Source: Intoshia linei (Eukaryota; Animalia; Orthonectida). Taken from it: DNA of 38,096 nucleotides. The DNA lies in NCBI GenBank assembly GCA_001642005.1, contig LWCA01000232.1, forward strand, positions 1-38,096, in the 5' to 3' direction. This document shows positions 1-13,009 of this stretch, piece by piece (positions within the stretch are counted from its first letter, which is position 1; every line of letters begins with the position of its first letter). The notes below the pieces were generated by a model, which saw nothing but the letters and a program-made list of their open reading frames with translations, did no database searches and was not told the origin of the DNA. The position numbers were made by a program, and so were the translations under genes.

Positions 1-334
1 TTAACAAGATCGTGAATGTCTTGTATTTGAATGAATTTATTATATTGTAAATAAACAGAATTCGAGAAATTAAATAGTTAATAAAACCAAAAAAAAATGA
101 GCTAGAAACAAATTTAAAAACAATAAACTGTACAACTAAACATGGAGAACAGTATTATAAAGGCGGTACCACGTTTAAAAGCTCAAACGCCGATTTCCGT
201 TAAAATAAAGTTCAGTTTTAATTTCTTCATAATATTTATAGTATGATATTTAAAATGACAAACGCAACTCGAATAGATAGCGTTAAATATTTTTGATTGC
301 GAATTAGTTTTTCTATTTTAAAAGTACACACTTA

Positions 335-901
335 TAGTGCTAATTGCCCTTGATTTTTTGATGGGTGATACACCCTAGTACACGTATCTAAATATACAAA
401 AGAGTAATTATTAAACAAAGGAATAAATTTATTAAAATGGCCTGCTTGTAGCCCTGACCTCAATCTAATCGAAAATTTATGGGGAATTCTTTCAAGGGAT
501 ATATACTCACACAATAAACAATATTCATCATTAAAAGATCTCAAATTATCCATTATAGCAGCATGAGGCAATATTAAACAAGATGTAATTAATAACCTCA
601 TTAATTCGATGCCAAATCTAATTTTTGAAGTTATTAAAAAAATGGATGTTGTACTCATTATTAAAACATATAATCATTTCATTATCATTAATATTAAGCT
701 AATTTAACTTAATTGTCCTCGACTTTTTTCCAATAAAATTGTTGGAGATTTTTGTTAAATTTGATTAATTGAACATAGGTTTTAATTAATAAATTTTATG
801 TTATTAAATCGAGCAATACATTACTTGTGATTATATTATTTCGATTATTTTAAGATTTTAGAATACTTTCTGTAAATGTCCCAAACTTTTTTCTAGCAGT
901 G
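335..901 (+). mobile_element. Tc1/mariner transposon 3' remnant (degenerate transposase C-terminus plus right terminal repeat)
   Basis: Plus-strand translation from ~376 gives [36 protein letters not shown]...LINSMPNLIFEVIKK/NGCCTHY*, the Tc1 WPxxSPDLNPIENLW motif with stops and a frameshift. It ends ...gtcccaaacttttttctagcagtg|TA at 901, with an inner related repeat near 713-733. Confidence 0.85.
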
Positions 902-1447
902 TAGTAATAATACATATTCAGTACCAATTATATATCAATAATTACGGAATCTACGGAATAATGATGTACAATAAAAGAATAATAAATACATATTTACAAT
1001 GTTAATCAAGTTACAATTTGAAATTAAACGTGATTCTGTGACACTTTTTTCTATAGTAAAAATGATGATAAAACTTATTATAAATTTAATTAAAATTAAA
1101 TTATTTTATTTCATAAAAAGTAATAAATAAAATTTACCATTAATTTTTACACATGACATAAAAATTCTAAATAATTTTACAATTAAGAAAATCTTAAAAA
1201 ATATTAAATCAATGTCCTATAGTTTTCTCTAAAAGTATACTAGTACTTTTATGTAAGATTTTGTTATTTATTTTATGTTTTTGGTAGAGTTGAAAAAGTT
1301 TCACCTCACCAGAGCTAGGTACTTTTTACAAAGTAAATAATATTAAAGCTATCACAAGAAACCCTAAGAAACTTTAAAAAAAGCAAATTCAAATGGTACA
1401 ATTTTAATATAATAGGCTGGTTTTAAACAATACATTGACAAACGGTT

Positions 1448-3257
1448 TCAAAGGTTCAACAATGGTGAAGCACGATGATTTAAATACTTTGCTTCCTCGT
1501 GGGGATCCGTCATTCCTTCAAACATATTCATAAAGTCATTATGTTCATTTGATATATTTGTATATTCATTTTGATTTACATCATCATTTTGATCCACATG
1601 ATCATTTTGATTTAAAATATCATTTTGAGGCACATAACCATTTTGTTGCATACGGCCATTTTGATCCACATGATCATTTTGATTTAAAATATCATTTTGA
1701 GGCACATAACCATTTTGTTGGATACGACCATTTTGATCCACATGATCATTTTGAGGCACATAACCATTTTGATTCACATAACCATTTTGTTGCACATAAC
1801 CATTTTGTTGCACATGATCATTTTGATTCACATAACTATTTTGTTGCACACGACCATTTTGATTCACATAACCATTTTGTTGCACACGGCCATTTTGATA
1901 AACACGACCATTTCGATGCATATAACCATTTTGAATAACACCACCATTTCGATTTACATTATCATTTTGATGCACATAACCATTTTGAATAATACAACGA
2001 TTTTGATTCACATGCCCGTTTTGATTATCATTATCATTTTGACTCAAATGATCATTTTGATTTACATTATTATTTTGATGGACAAAACCATTTTGGTAAT
2101 TATTTTCATGATGTTCATTATTTATAAATTGAATCGGAATTTCACCATTAATTTGATATGCATTGTTGGGGTTTTCATTAAAATTTGGCAATAGATTGTC
2201 TTGGTTATGTATATAATTTTCAAATTCTGTCGATGTATTAGGAATTATAGGAATATCAAAATTTTCGTATTCAGGACGAATCGTAACTTGTGGATTAACA
2301 TTTATAGATGGATTGACATAATTTTCATTTTCACTGAGCGTAAATATACGTTGGTTTTGTATATGATGGTCATTGTACATTATTTGACCAGGAGGCATTT
2401 TATCCTTTACAAAATTGTTTTTATTCAAGTCGTTTGGTTGTATTTTTATGAATCTTATAACTAAAAAATTTATAAATACTATAATAATATGTATATAAAT
2501 ATATATAATTTATAAATATATGTATTATAAACTAATGTCTTACCAGAATAATCAACAAAGCAATTGAAATCAGACACACTAAACGGGTCAATCGTTCCAT
2601 CTAAAATACCATTATATTGAAATTAAAATTAAATTATGAATATTAAATATATTTAATTACAGTAATATATTTAATATTTTTACCTGCATTTCTGAATACT
2701 CTTGAAACCGCCCTCTTTCTTTTCTTTCTACCAACTCCGTCACCATCAAACTTTTTCACCATTTTGGATTGCTTCTTATTATTGGCTGTATCATTGATTT
2801 GTATAAATCTGGACATTCCAAAAGCCCTTAAATATTCATTTGGCATTGCACAATCACTGTCTTGGAGATTCCAAAAGTTTGTTCCAGAAAAATTACTATT
2901 ATTTGGTTTACTCTTATAAAAGACGTCATTTGTAGAGAGATTGTGACGTACTGAACTCTTCATCTTTTCAAATTCTTCGTCCATTTTAAAATAATCAAAA
3001 TTTGCCGTTATCCAATCATAAATATTCTTTAACTGAAGTTGGAAACCTTTAGACGTATAAATTGACAACCAAATCATTTGACTATATGTCAACATTGGCT
3101 TTAGGATTTTTTTATCATTAATAGGTTCAACCGAAGTGTCCATATTTTTATTTAATGTAAATAATGATGTGTTATTATTATTCAAAACTAATTGATCTAA
3201 AAATTGCCGATTTTCTTCTGGATTGAAGGAGTGATCTGATACTTCTTTTTCTACCAT
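1448..3257 (-). CDS. Forkhead-box transcription factor, divergent, with C-terminal Q/N-rich hexapeptide repeats (~547 aa). Exons 3257-2684, 2600-2544, 2460-1448
   Basis: Forkhead domain KPMLTYSQMIWLSI...LQLKNIYDWITANFDYFK...SSVRHNLSTNDVFYK...NFWNL, followed by basic NLS-like RKKRKR. Two 83-nt GT-AG introns (2601-2683, 2461-2543) join ORFs 2643..3257 and 1448..2428 in frame (574+57+1013=1644 nt). Start codon not independently confirmed; subfamily not assignable by eye. Confidence 0.85.
1556..2095 (-). repeat. Coding minisatellite: 30 x 18 nt encoding [Q/R]N[G/D]x[V/I]x, with a higher-order 72-nt duplication
   Basis: Units from QNGFVH to QNEYTN in strict 6-residue register. The block QNDHVD-QNGRxQ-QNGYVP-QNDILN occurs twice. 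Confidence 0.95.
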
Positions 3258-3540
3258 TATAACAATAACTATTCGATATAACTAAAAAATTTACATTATT
3301 ATTATTGGTATGATAACGATAATATTAATAATCTCTTAATTTCTACTGGTTAAGAATCATTAATTCAATAATTTTTATCATAATTTAAGATTTGATTGAA
3401 TGAATAATAAAATGTGATTCATGCAAAATATTTAGATTAAATGTTGCGTATTTTTATTATTTGATATAAGTGACTCTCGAAAAGTTGTATTAGAAATATC
3501 AGTGATTGTTTTAATTCTAGAACATTAAATTTTTTAATTA

Positions 3541-3579
3541 AACGGTAACACAGACAGACATTTTAATTAAGTAAAGGAT
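3541..3579 (-). mobile_element. Helitron-like family B 5' end fragment
   Basis: Reverse complement reads a|tcctttacttaattaaaatgtctgtctgtgttaccgtt, matching the family B 5' ends at 13909, 15960-15990 and 28793. Confidence 0.6.
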
Positions 3580-4739
3580 TCTCATGTTCCTTACTAATAC
3601 ATAATATTAAGAAAATATGTAATAATTGTCAGGCTCTGTAAATTTATTAATTTTATAAAATAAATATTGTAATTAGCTCATTTTTCGACAATGAAGGTTT
3701 TAAATTTATAATTTATTAGAAAATTATCGTTTTTAGTAAAAAATTAAAAAAAGTCACTGAATTAATAATTATTTTTTGATTGAACTGTTATATGAGCCCA
3801 AAAAAAAGACATTGATCGTTGGGTCATTTATTTAACTGGTGTATGGAATTTTTTAAGAATGAATGTAAGTCTAGAATAAAAATGGTTGGGAATCACTGTT
3901 ATAAACGAATGCAATTTTATGTTTTAATCACTATAATCGGCTATTACTGTAATTATTTAATATGTAATTTATAGAAAATTTAAATGTACATTTTACAATA
4001 ATGATCTATAGTTCTTATAAAAATGTTTTCATTGATAATATTATTCAGTCTATATTTTCAGTTATTTATCATTTCAAGTTAAAAGTTCAATTAGCAATTC
4101 ATATCATAGTTAAATGCAATAAATAAAAAACCTAAGTGGCTGATCTAGACATCAAAGTATTTGGAACCACTTAATAAGTTTGTTACTAGTGCTTCAGTAT
4201 ATTTCAGTATATATTACTAGCCTTAAGAAATTTGATACCATGGAAAAAATGAATGCATAATATAAATATATAATATGCATATAAGAAGGCGCGTCTATTT
4301 GATATTTTAAACATTATAAAATCAAAAAATACATTAATATAGTAAAATATATATAACATAAATATAGCTATATAAAATTATATAATATACATATATAAAA
4401 ATATATAAAGATGATAAAATAATATTTATAAGAAATGTACTAATTTTAAAATTATCATATATATTAACTATATTAATATATATTATAAAAAATTTAAAAA
4501 ATGAAAATAATCACAGAATTTAAAAAAAATTTAAAGTTCAGACATTTTCTCCAATAATTTTTAATCTCAGAAAGTCACGCCTTTCTTTAAAAAAGTATCA
4601 TAATATATATCAAATGAAGCACCATATTTTAAATTTTACTTTGAAATGCATGTATTGTATTTAATATATTGACATATGAAAAAGAATTTATCATTTTAAA
4701 TGCGTAACGAATATTAATTAATATAACAAACAATTAACT

Positions 4740-7150
4740 AAATTTGATTGCTTATCTGTAAGCTTTTTTAGACGTTTCAAATGTCAAGGGTAATCATTAT
4801 AAATTGAAGTATAGATGTCAACTACTGAAACGAACAATTAACAATTTCAAGTAATAGCGACATATACAAAACATTTCGTGCCAAAATATTTGTTATCAAA
4901 TAAGAATTATCAATCTTAAATCTATTAATCCGTGCAATGAACCGTAACATTTATGAAAAACTCTTGTTTTATAAAACAGTATCTTGAAAATGCCAAAATA
5001 TCGTTTTAATTGTTATTTTAATAATATATAGTTTTTCAATTTTCAACATAAAATTGTCTTATTTGATGGCATAAACATCTCATGATAACTAACTGACGAC
5101 ATGTATTGTTAATTAATTGAGATAACATTTAAACGATATTTTAATATACGGAATAGAACAATTAAATTATACATAAAGTTAATCCTGTATTAATTAGTTA
5201 ACATAAATTAAATCACAAACTATGTATTATTTTGTAAATTTATTAATGCATTTATTAAATTAAACTAAATTGTAAATTGACACACAAAGTTTGAAATGGA
5301 TTTAATAAGGATTAAATTAATTAATCATACTAAGTAAACTAAATTTTGTGACTGATCTGGCGATTTAATTTTATTCAAATAAAGACAATAATGTACTAAA
5401 TGTGTCTATAATTATTGCTAAATATCTCACTTAATTATACAATTACGTGGTAACATCATTGGTGACATTTGATACTATAAAACGGAATATATTTAAATGC
5501 ATATTAACTGTGAAATTGGTGTTCATCTCACACATCATGGGACATTGAATAATAATAACCAACTGTTTATTAAGATATATACCATTGATAATTTAGAATA
5601 GTGGACATTTCATAATCAATTTAAAGTGATAATTAAAATGTATTACATCAATTGTTTTAATAAAATTAATAATAACTTAAATTTCACGGTTTGATGCATT
5701 TTAAGTAAATGTGAAAAATAATTGTCCCTCAAAATTCAATTTTTATAAATGTCAGATAAAGTTAATAATAAAATAGAAACTATATCTATATCTTAACAAT
5801 AATATTAATAGTCTAAATAATTTCTTTTAAAAATCTCAAATTTCAGTGATTTAGCTTTTTTAAAATATTCAATTGATTGAAATGATGACTACGATTATCT
5901 TTCACTGAATCTTTAAAGATCTTATCAAATTATTCAATATTAAATTAAATTTTAATATTATTACTACCATTCATCACAAAAATAAAATCTTTTAAAACAA
6001 ACTACTACAATATAACCAATATAAAACCAACTGGCAAACGTAATACCAACAAATTGCATTATAAAGTTTTATCAACTCTTAATAATTATGAATTTTAAGC
6101 TAAAACCAGTGATTATTTTAAAAAACTAATACTTAATAACTAAACTTACTATGTAGTACATTATTACATTTTTCTATTCGATATTAAAAGTAATAATAAA
6201 TACACAAAAAAACAATACATGATGCTGATATCAAATAAATGTTTGTTTACTCAGAAATAAACAAAATTCGGCTTTATTTAGGCATTGTGGTTTATAAAAC
6301 ATGGAAACAAATAAAATAAATCTTAAAAAACAAACATATTGATGACATTACTAAAACTCCAACCGACAAAACTTAATATCACTTAGTATAATACCATATA
6401 AATTATATAAATACAATAAAATTACCTATGATTTTGTTTAAAATTCAAGATTAAAAATTGAAATTATGCGTAAAACTTTTCTAGATTTGTGAAATGACAA
6501 CTGAGACTAATGAAAAACTTGAAATGTTACAATATTATTTCATAAATGCATGGTAGACCAACATGTACTGAACACAATAGATGTAACATAATTACATCTA
6601 AATTTTTTAATTGATCAATACCTAGTGCAAAGTCCAGATACATTTTGGCTTACATTATTACATCTCGCTAACTTATTTATAAATGGTCTAAATTAAATCA
6701 AAGTCAACATTATAAGAGCTTAATAATAAACAATAGATTCCAGTTCCTTAATTTGTAATGTTACAAATAATTTATATAATAGAGCAATGAATTTTATTTT
6801 GCACAGCTTGAGGCGTTTTGACCACACCTACTTTTATTTTTATGCAAGATGATTTGATTGTACATTATAATTTGATTCAATTGGACCTTCTGGTAAATTT
6901 AATTTAGATTTAAATATTGCTTTGTATTTTTATCAATTGAGATTAAATCATTGAAGCGTATCAATTATAACGCAGAGGGATAAATATGGTAATAAAACGT
7001 TATCTTTGGTATCACACTATTGTATTTTTATGCTTCAAGTGTTTTCAATATACAGGTCCAAGGTTGTGCATAATTACCATTAATTCATATTGTACATTTT
7101 AACATAGGAAATAATGTTAATATTGTAAATTAATGAAACGTTCATATAAA
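4740..7150 (+). pseudogene. Possible decayed cadherin-repeat pseudogene
   Basis: Scattered stop- and frameshift-broken plus-strand peptides resemble cadherin repeat motifs: ETNN*QFQVIATY, FMKNSCFIKQYLENA, NNNNQLFIKIYTI, NVKNNCPSKFNFYKCQI, TGKRNTNKLHYK...YEF*AKTSD, HDAD, RFDHTYFYFYAR. Matched by eye only. Confidence 0.3.
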
Positions 7151-7206
7151 TATATTGTATTTGGAGCAAATTTAAATTTCAATATTTGTTTTTTAAAAAT
7201 TTATGC

Positions 7207-7965
7207 ATCCTTTACTTATTATTAATACATACAACTTGTACTTACATAACATACATAAAATTGAACGTCCGTGTGTTAAATTGTGTGTGCTACTTGTGTG
7301 TGTATATTTAAAAAATTGACAATTGTAAAATTTAAATAAACCCAATTTCTCATATAGTTTTTACCAGGAATGTTGATATCTATTTTTCAGTTTTCTAATT
7401 TGTGTCCTTCAGGGTAAAAAATTCATGACAATTTATGATAAGTATAATCATAAATGACAACTTTAACCAAGTACATTTTCATGACTTAAATATATCCAGA
7501 TTACCTTTTTTTTAGAAAAGGGAAATTTTAGCAATATTTTAGAATTTAAAAAAAATTCGGTTTGTTACTGAAATTATTTCGAAAAAAAGAGAGTAAATAT
7601 TAATTTGGTTTTTTGACCCTGAAGGCTTAAATTTGTGAATTTGTGAAAATGAAAATATTTAATTATGTTACATGAATAAATATGTATTAATATGTAAATG
7701 TCATATTTTTTTAATTTAGTCATATTCTAGGACTATTATTTATATTATTAGTTTTTTACCTTTTCTATAAAAATTGGTAATTTGTGGTTTTTGTGTTGAA
7801 GATATACGTTTTTCAAATTGAAATTTATAATAATGTTCAAAATACTAAAAACTGTATCGTAACAATAAATGATATATTTCAATAAATTCTAGGATCGTTT
7901 TATATTTTTTTAAAGAAGGATAATTGGGGTTTTTGACTCTGAAGGAATTAATTTCTGAAAATCAA
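7207..7965. mobile_element. Helitron-like family B fragments (5' end on +, followed by inverted internal fragments)
   Basis: a|tcctttactta...gtgtgtgctac start. 7310-7430 is similar to 28850-28960. ttttgaccctgaagg (~7612) and ttttgactctgaagg (~7931) match the same family in reverse orientation. Confidence 0.6.
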
Positions 7966-8199
7966 ATTTGCTATAAACCTTACCAGTACAAAACTTTATT
8001 AGATATTGAAATTTTTAAATATCTACACTTCTTACTTTCGTAAATAAACTGGAACAAACAAATATACATACTTTTTAGCTAAATTACTTTATATAAACGT
8101 TTATGTATTTATTATAAAGGGAAACTGAAAATATATTTTAGTATAAAACTATTTATTTTTTTCGGAAATACTGAATAAGCTATTAATGTACTTCGTACT

Positions 8200-8598
8200 T
8201 ATTGCATTACACCAAAATAAAAGCAATTATTAGGTATCAGGTCTTTCCTATAAAATACTGGAATCACTACAAAGATGCGTTGATCCTAGAAAAAACAGCT
8301 ACAAATTGTGTTGAAGGATACCACAATGCCCTTAAAACAATTTTCAATTACACTTATTCAACGATTTTGACATTAATAAAATTGAATTACAATTGAAAAA
8401 TGACATAGGGTTGGATAAATCAACTTTAAAAAATAATCAGTGATGAACATGGAAATACGACGATCTATCCCCCAATTTTTGGATTTAAGGCTTGCAGAAT
8501 GATTGAAACATGTCAGAATAATTTTCAAGAAAACAACATCAACCAATATACCCTGGACCTGGTCCCTATCACTAATTTAGACACTAAATACATCTGAT
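8200..8598 (+). mobile_element. MULE/Mutator-like transposase C-terminal remnant
   Basis: FPIKYWNHYKDAL...TATNCVEGYHNALKTIF..YSTILTLIKL matches the MULE P..WN....TNNxxEGxHN motif containing the catalytic Glu. It continues with frameshifts to ~8598. Confidence 0.7.
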
Positions 8599-9208
8599 AA
8601 CCCTGCACAACCATAATAAATAATAAATAAATAAACTTTAGTGCAGAGTTTATATACATATATAAAAAACAAATACATATATTAATACATATATAAAATA
8701 GTTTATATACACATATAAAAAAATTTTGAAATTTATTTAATTCTTCATTTAAAAATTCGGACATGTAAGAATTCATATTGCTTGATGTAATTAAAATTTG
8801 GTTATATTAATCAATGTGATATTACATTTAATGAATTTAATTAAATTTAATTAAATTCCATTGTTTATCCGTTTAATCTTTACTGCCAAATTTACCATAA
8901 CTATAAGTGATAAACAAACAATTTATTTGAAGTGTGCTAAGTTATATTTATATATTTTCAAGTGCTAATATTTTCGATCAATTATGATAATACAATGTAA
9001 TATTGACAATGATCAATAGAAAAAATAATATTCAAACAAATTATTCACTTTCAAACAAAATTTTTTTACTTTTGATTTATTTTTTCACATTTAATTCATA
9101 TTAAAATATTATAGCACTTTTGAGTTTCATTTGTTATGATTGTTATATTAAGTCCTCTTTCAACTTTTGACCGACGTAATATCGTTATGATAATCGATAT
9201 TTATAAAT

Positions 9209-9550
9209 ATCTTAACTTATATAATATGCTACGCGATTTTTGTTTGTGTGTCTGTGTGTGTTCACTTTATTGAAATAACTAATAGTCTTAGAATTTTATA
9301 AAGTCCACATTTTAATTTCATATTTATTTTTTTTGAAATATTTTATTAAAACAAAAAATGTGAAATAATTAACGGTCCGACAGAAAAAAAGATTATGCTG
9401 GTAGAGTATATACCTGTTGATATAAATATAAAAGTTCAACCCGAGAAATCTACTACTACTACTATACTATTATCAATTATAATACACACGCCAAATAAAA
9501 AATAGCATAGATTTTTTTGATTATTTCAAATATATTCAAATGAAAAATAA
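9209..9550 (+). mobile_element. Helitron-like family A, 5' portion, internally deleted
   Basis: a|tcttaacttatataatatgctacgcgatttttgtttgtgtgtctgtgtgtgttcactttattgaaataact, near-identical to the starts at 15997, 31634 and 34863. Confidence 0.75.
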
Positions 9551-9870
9551 ATATGTATTTGAAGCTCAATTTTTTTTTTGAAATTTTAATTTTTTGTTTC
9601 ATTTTTATATAATTTTTCTCTAAAGGAATGGTAAAATTAGATTTTTCTTAAAAGAGGATTTATCTCAAAAGGTCTTTAAATTAAGTTATTTTAAATAGAT
9701 GCCCATTGTGTATAATTTTACAAAGTTATAAAGATTCTAAATATTTCGCGTCTTAACAATTCCCACATTTTAACATGGTTTAACTACTCATTAGGTTAAC
9801 AATTAACCGAAGATGTCAAAAGTTTTGACTCAAAACCGGTTACTAACCGATTTTATTTATAATATATACA

Positions 9871-10651
9871 CTGTATATTATACAGTACATTACATATAGC
9901 TAAATGGATTGCGTGAGCATGACACAGTTGGTAAAATAATTTAATGTCTTTTCCAGGTGTTACCATTACTGAAGCTCAATCAGATGAACCCCAACAATGT
10001 GTTTACTCAAATCAACATTGAATTCTTTCAGTTTTTAAAAAAAAAAATTTCAGAAAAGTTTCATGGTAATAATAGATCCACTTACAATGTAATTTAATAA
10101 GGTCTAATTAGCAATGATTTGTTTGTCCGTGAAAATTTAGGTTGATACATAGTTTATTTCTTAATGAGGTGTATTCATCTATAGCAGGGTGCACAACCTT
10201 TCCATCAATTAAGCCGCAAAGCTACTTTACTTATTGATACTACGGCCAGACTAAATTTAATTTGACATTGAGAGAGTTAAATCCATTTTGAGAAAGTGAG
10301 AAAAGTCAAAAGTATAACATTTCATAAAAATATTTCCCTTGAATTTGAAGTAAAATGATATATTGCATTATGATAACCTAGATTGGCCACCGCCGCAATG
10401 CCGCATGTTTTGCATTCTGCTCTAGGGTTAGGATATACCTAGTCCCAAATTTAATTTGTTCCTTAAATATTTTTGTAATTGTTTTTTGTCAGAAGCAAAC
10501 CTAAGAATGATATTTTTTACAGATAAATGACTCTTTGGTGGTATATCATAATTATATTTTTAAAAGATTCCTGAATAAATGAACTCTTGGCTTTAACATT
10601 AAAGATTAATCCATCTTTGCAAATTTTTGATTGCGATGAATGAACCTTTAA
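9871..10651 (-). mobile_element. hAT transposase relic, interrupted by a hAT MITE
   Basis: Minus-strand peptides in hAT order: KDGLIFNVKAKSSFIQESF / DIPPKSHLSVKNIILRF / (SLTL)DEYTSLRNKLCINLNFH / EFNVDLSKHIVGV-SD*ASVMV / QLCHAHAIHLAICNVLY (first catalytic D, second D region, CxxH motif), with stops and frameshifts. Confidence 0.8.
10185..10419 (+). mobile_element. hAT-type MITE (same family as 20187-20972)
   Basis: Ends CAGGGTGCACAACC...GTTTTGCATTCTG. Internal blocks (ctttcca.caatt.agcc; aagtaaaatgatatattgcattat) are shared with 20187-20972. Degenerate 8-bp flanks atctatag/ctctaggg. Confidence 0.8.
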
Positions 10652-10675
10652 AGTTTAAACGATATGATAAAGATA

Positions 10676-11520
10676 ATAAATTATCATAAATAGCATAAAT
10701 TTCAAAGAAAATAAAATTGTAAAAACCTATGTTGTCATTTTCAATGTGATAATACATATTCAGTACCAATTTAATAAATAATTAAAAATACCAATTATGT
10801 ATCTATAGAAATATATTTCAGATGAATTTTACCAATATTGCAAAGCATTTTAAAAAATATATAAATAATAATAACAAAGTTGGATTACTTTTAGTAATCG
10901 TTGTTGTAATTTTGATTTAAATTTTAAATAAAAATTTTTTGAAAATGAGAATTTGAGAATCAAATATTGCGTAGCAATGAAAAAAATCCCGAAGGAATCA
11001 ATTATATAGATTTGCACTCATATTTATTTATTGGAAATGTGTCGACGTTTAATGCACTTTTTTTTTGAATTGTAGGATGATTATTTTACTTTTTCATTTT
11101 TAATGATAATCCAACATTTGAAAAATATAGGTTGATGATATATTAAAAATTATTTTTCACCGGGAATGCAAAGACTTCTGGGGTTGAAATTTTGTATTTA
11201 TATCAAATGGAATAAGCTCTATCAGAATAATCTTTTTTAATAATAATTTTTTAATTGTAGAACCATTAATTATTTCAAATTTTTTGTTTTAATAAAATAA
11301 TTTTAAAATAAAAAAAAATGAATATTAAAATACTTTTTTCACCGTGAAGGCGTCACTTATTCAGATTAAAAACTTTTGTGTGTCTTAACAGGATACAACT
11401 GTACCATTTATAATTTTTTTTAAATTTTAGGGCTTTTCCATTTTTGATAATGTTTATGATTTTAAAAACTATCCCACAATTTATGTTTAAAAAAATTTAG
11501 GATATGTTTTATTTATAGGA
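10676..11520 (-). mobile_element. Helitron-like internal fragment (family A/B shared sequence)
   Basis: Reverse complement of 16300-17095, e.g. ggaataagctctatcagaataatc, aaaattatttttcaccgggaatgc, acaggatacaactgtacc, tattcagtaccaattt. Confidence 0.8.
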
Positions 11521-13009
11521 CCATATTTTATTCTAAAAATTCTGTCAATTATCATAAATAACCATAACCATAAAGTAATATTTCTCAAATGCCGGTTAGC
11601 GGAAGAACTTTAATACTAACGAATATACTTAATTTTTTCAATATTTATTTATTCATATTAAAACGAGGAATAAAAATTTTTTATCACTATCACTCAAATT
11701 TACAATCAACCAATTGAATATTTAAATGTGCATAACCGCATTTATATTATGAATTTTTCGAATGTTTATTATCAAATTATAATCGGATTATTTTAATTTT
11801 GACTAATCTTACTATTTCCGATTAATTAACTAATGGATTACAATTTCATGACTTTGAAGTGATTAATATTAATAGTACATTTTGATTTAGTTTGTGTTAT
11901 TTTAGTTTTATCAACTGTCATAATTTATGACTATAAATACATAATATATAAATTAATAAATAATTACAGAATATAAGTTATGTTATTATAAAGATTCAGA
12001 ATCTATGCAAAAAGTATACAGAAATTCCATCATTTTTAAAAGATTTAGCATTTTTACATCGCGATACAATCGGTTGATAAGATCAATAATATACATTTTT
12101 CTAGATATTCAAAATAGGACCATTATTGAGTTGTTAATATTTTTCTAAAACAAAAAAATCCAGGGTCGTACAGCATGAGAAATTAGTTAAAACTAACCTC
12201 TATGATTTTAGTTTTGTATATTATTGCAAAAACATCGAACTACTCAGCGATTTAAAATTACCCGTTTAATTTGAAATTAACTTTATTTTGATTATTAATT
12301 ATTAAATTTATTATAATTTTTAAAATGATTAACACTGTAATTTAATAATTCATCATCAATATACTTGACTGACGCAATTTCACGAAGGTATTGGACTCTG
12401 TGTATTCCACGTTTGGCCACTTCGTTTTTTAGAGCAACATTCAATAAAAGTATCGAAGAAAAATTGTGTTTTTTTTAATAAACATAGACATAGATTTATA
12501 CAGTTACATTGTACAAAGTACAATCATGTATAAAATGTCAAAAATGAAATGAAAATTAGTACATTAGTGTACACTGTACAGTAGGGCTATTCGTTTTTTA
12601 AAAATTGATTTTTGTTGACAATACCTTATACCACGTTTTCCCCCTTTTTTTTAATTGGCGCCAATGGTTTTATTTTAAACATGGATACGATTAATGTACG
12701 ACCCACTAAGACATATAACAAATTTTGAGTGAAAAAATGAAATATTTAACTTCACAGAGCTTTTTTTCGATAAAATGGGGTGTTTGTAATATTGGTCAAA
12801 CATAAAAATTCCAAAATTTATAATTACCAAAAATTTATTTTAACTGTGAAAATTTGTGCATGTCATTATGAAATTCAGTTATTTACGTTTTAAGTACATT
12901 TTAATGAAAAAAAATTAACTGTGTTAATTCTAATCGATTAATTTTTATAAAAAATGTATGACGATATGTAAAATGTGACGCATCTTCGTGACAGATGAGT
13001 ATAGTTGTT

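Noticed and set aside
332-658. 108-aa minus-strand ORF
   Set aside because: Antisense shadow of the plus-strand Tc1 transposase remnant.
1556-2095. Possible CRISPR-like array
   Set aside because: Contiguous 18-nt tandem units without unique spacers, inside a eukaryotic exon, with no cas genes.
1549-2194. His-rich (HNHFVA)n and (HITILL)n plus-strand ORFs suggesting a metal-binding protein
   Set aside because: Antisense frames of the 18-nt coding repeat; the minus frame is the one spliced to the forkhead exon.
9895-10025. Apparent plus-strand mini-gene with a 26-nt intron (LNGLREHDTVG-VTITEAQSDEPQ)
   Set aside because: The opposite strand carries clear hAT motifs (ASVMV, CHAHAIHLA), which explains the coding-like composition better.
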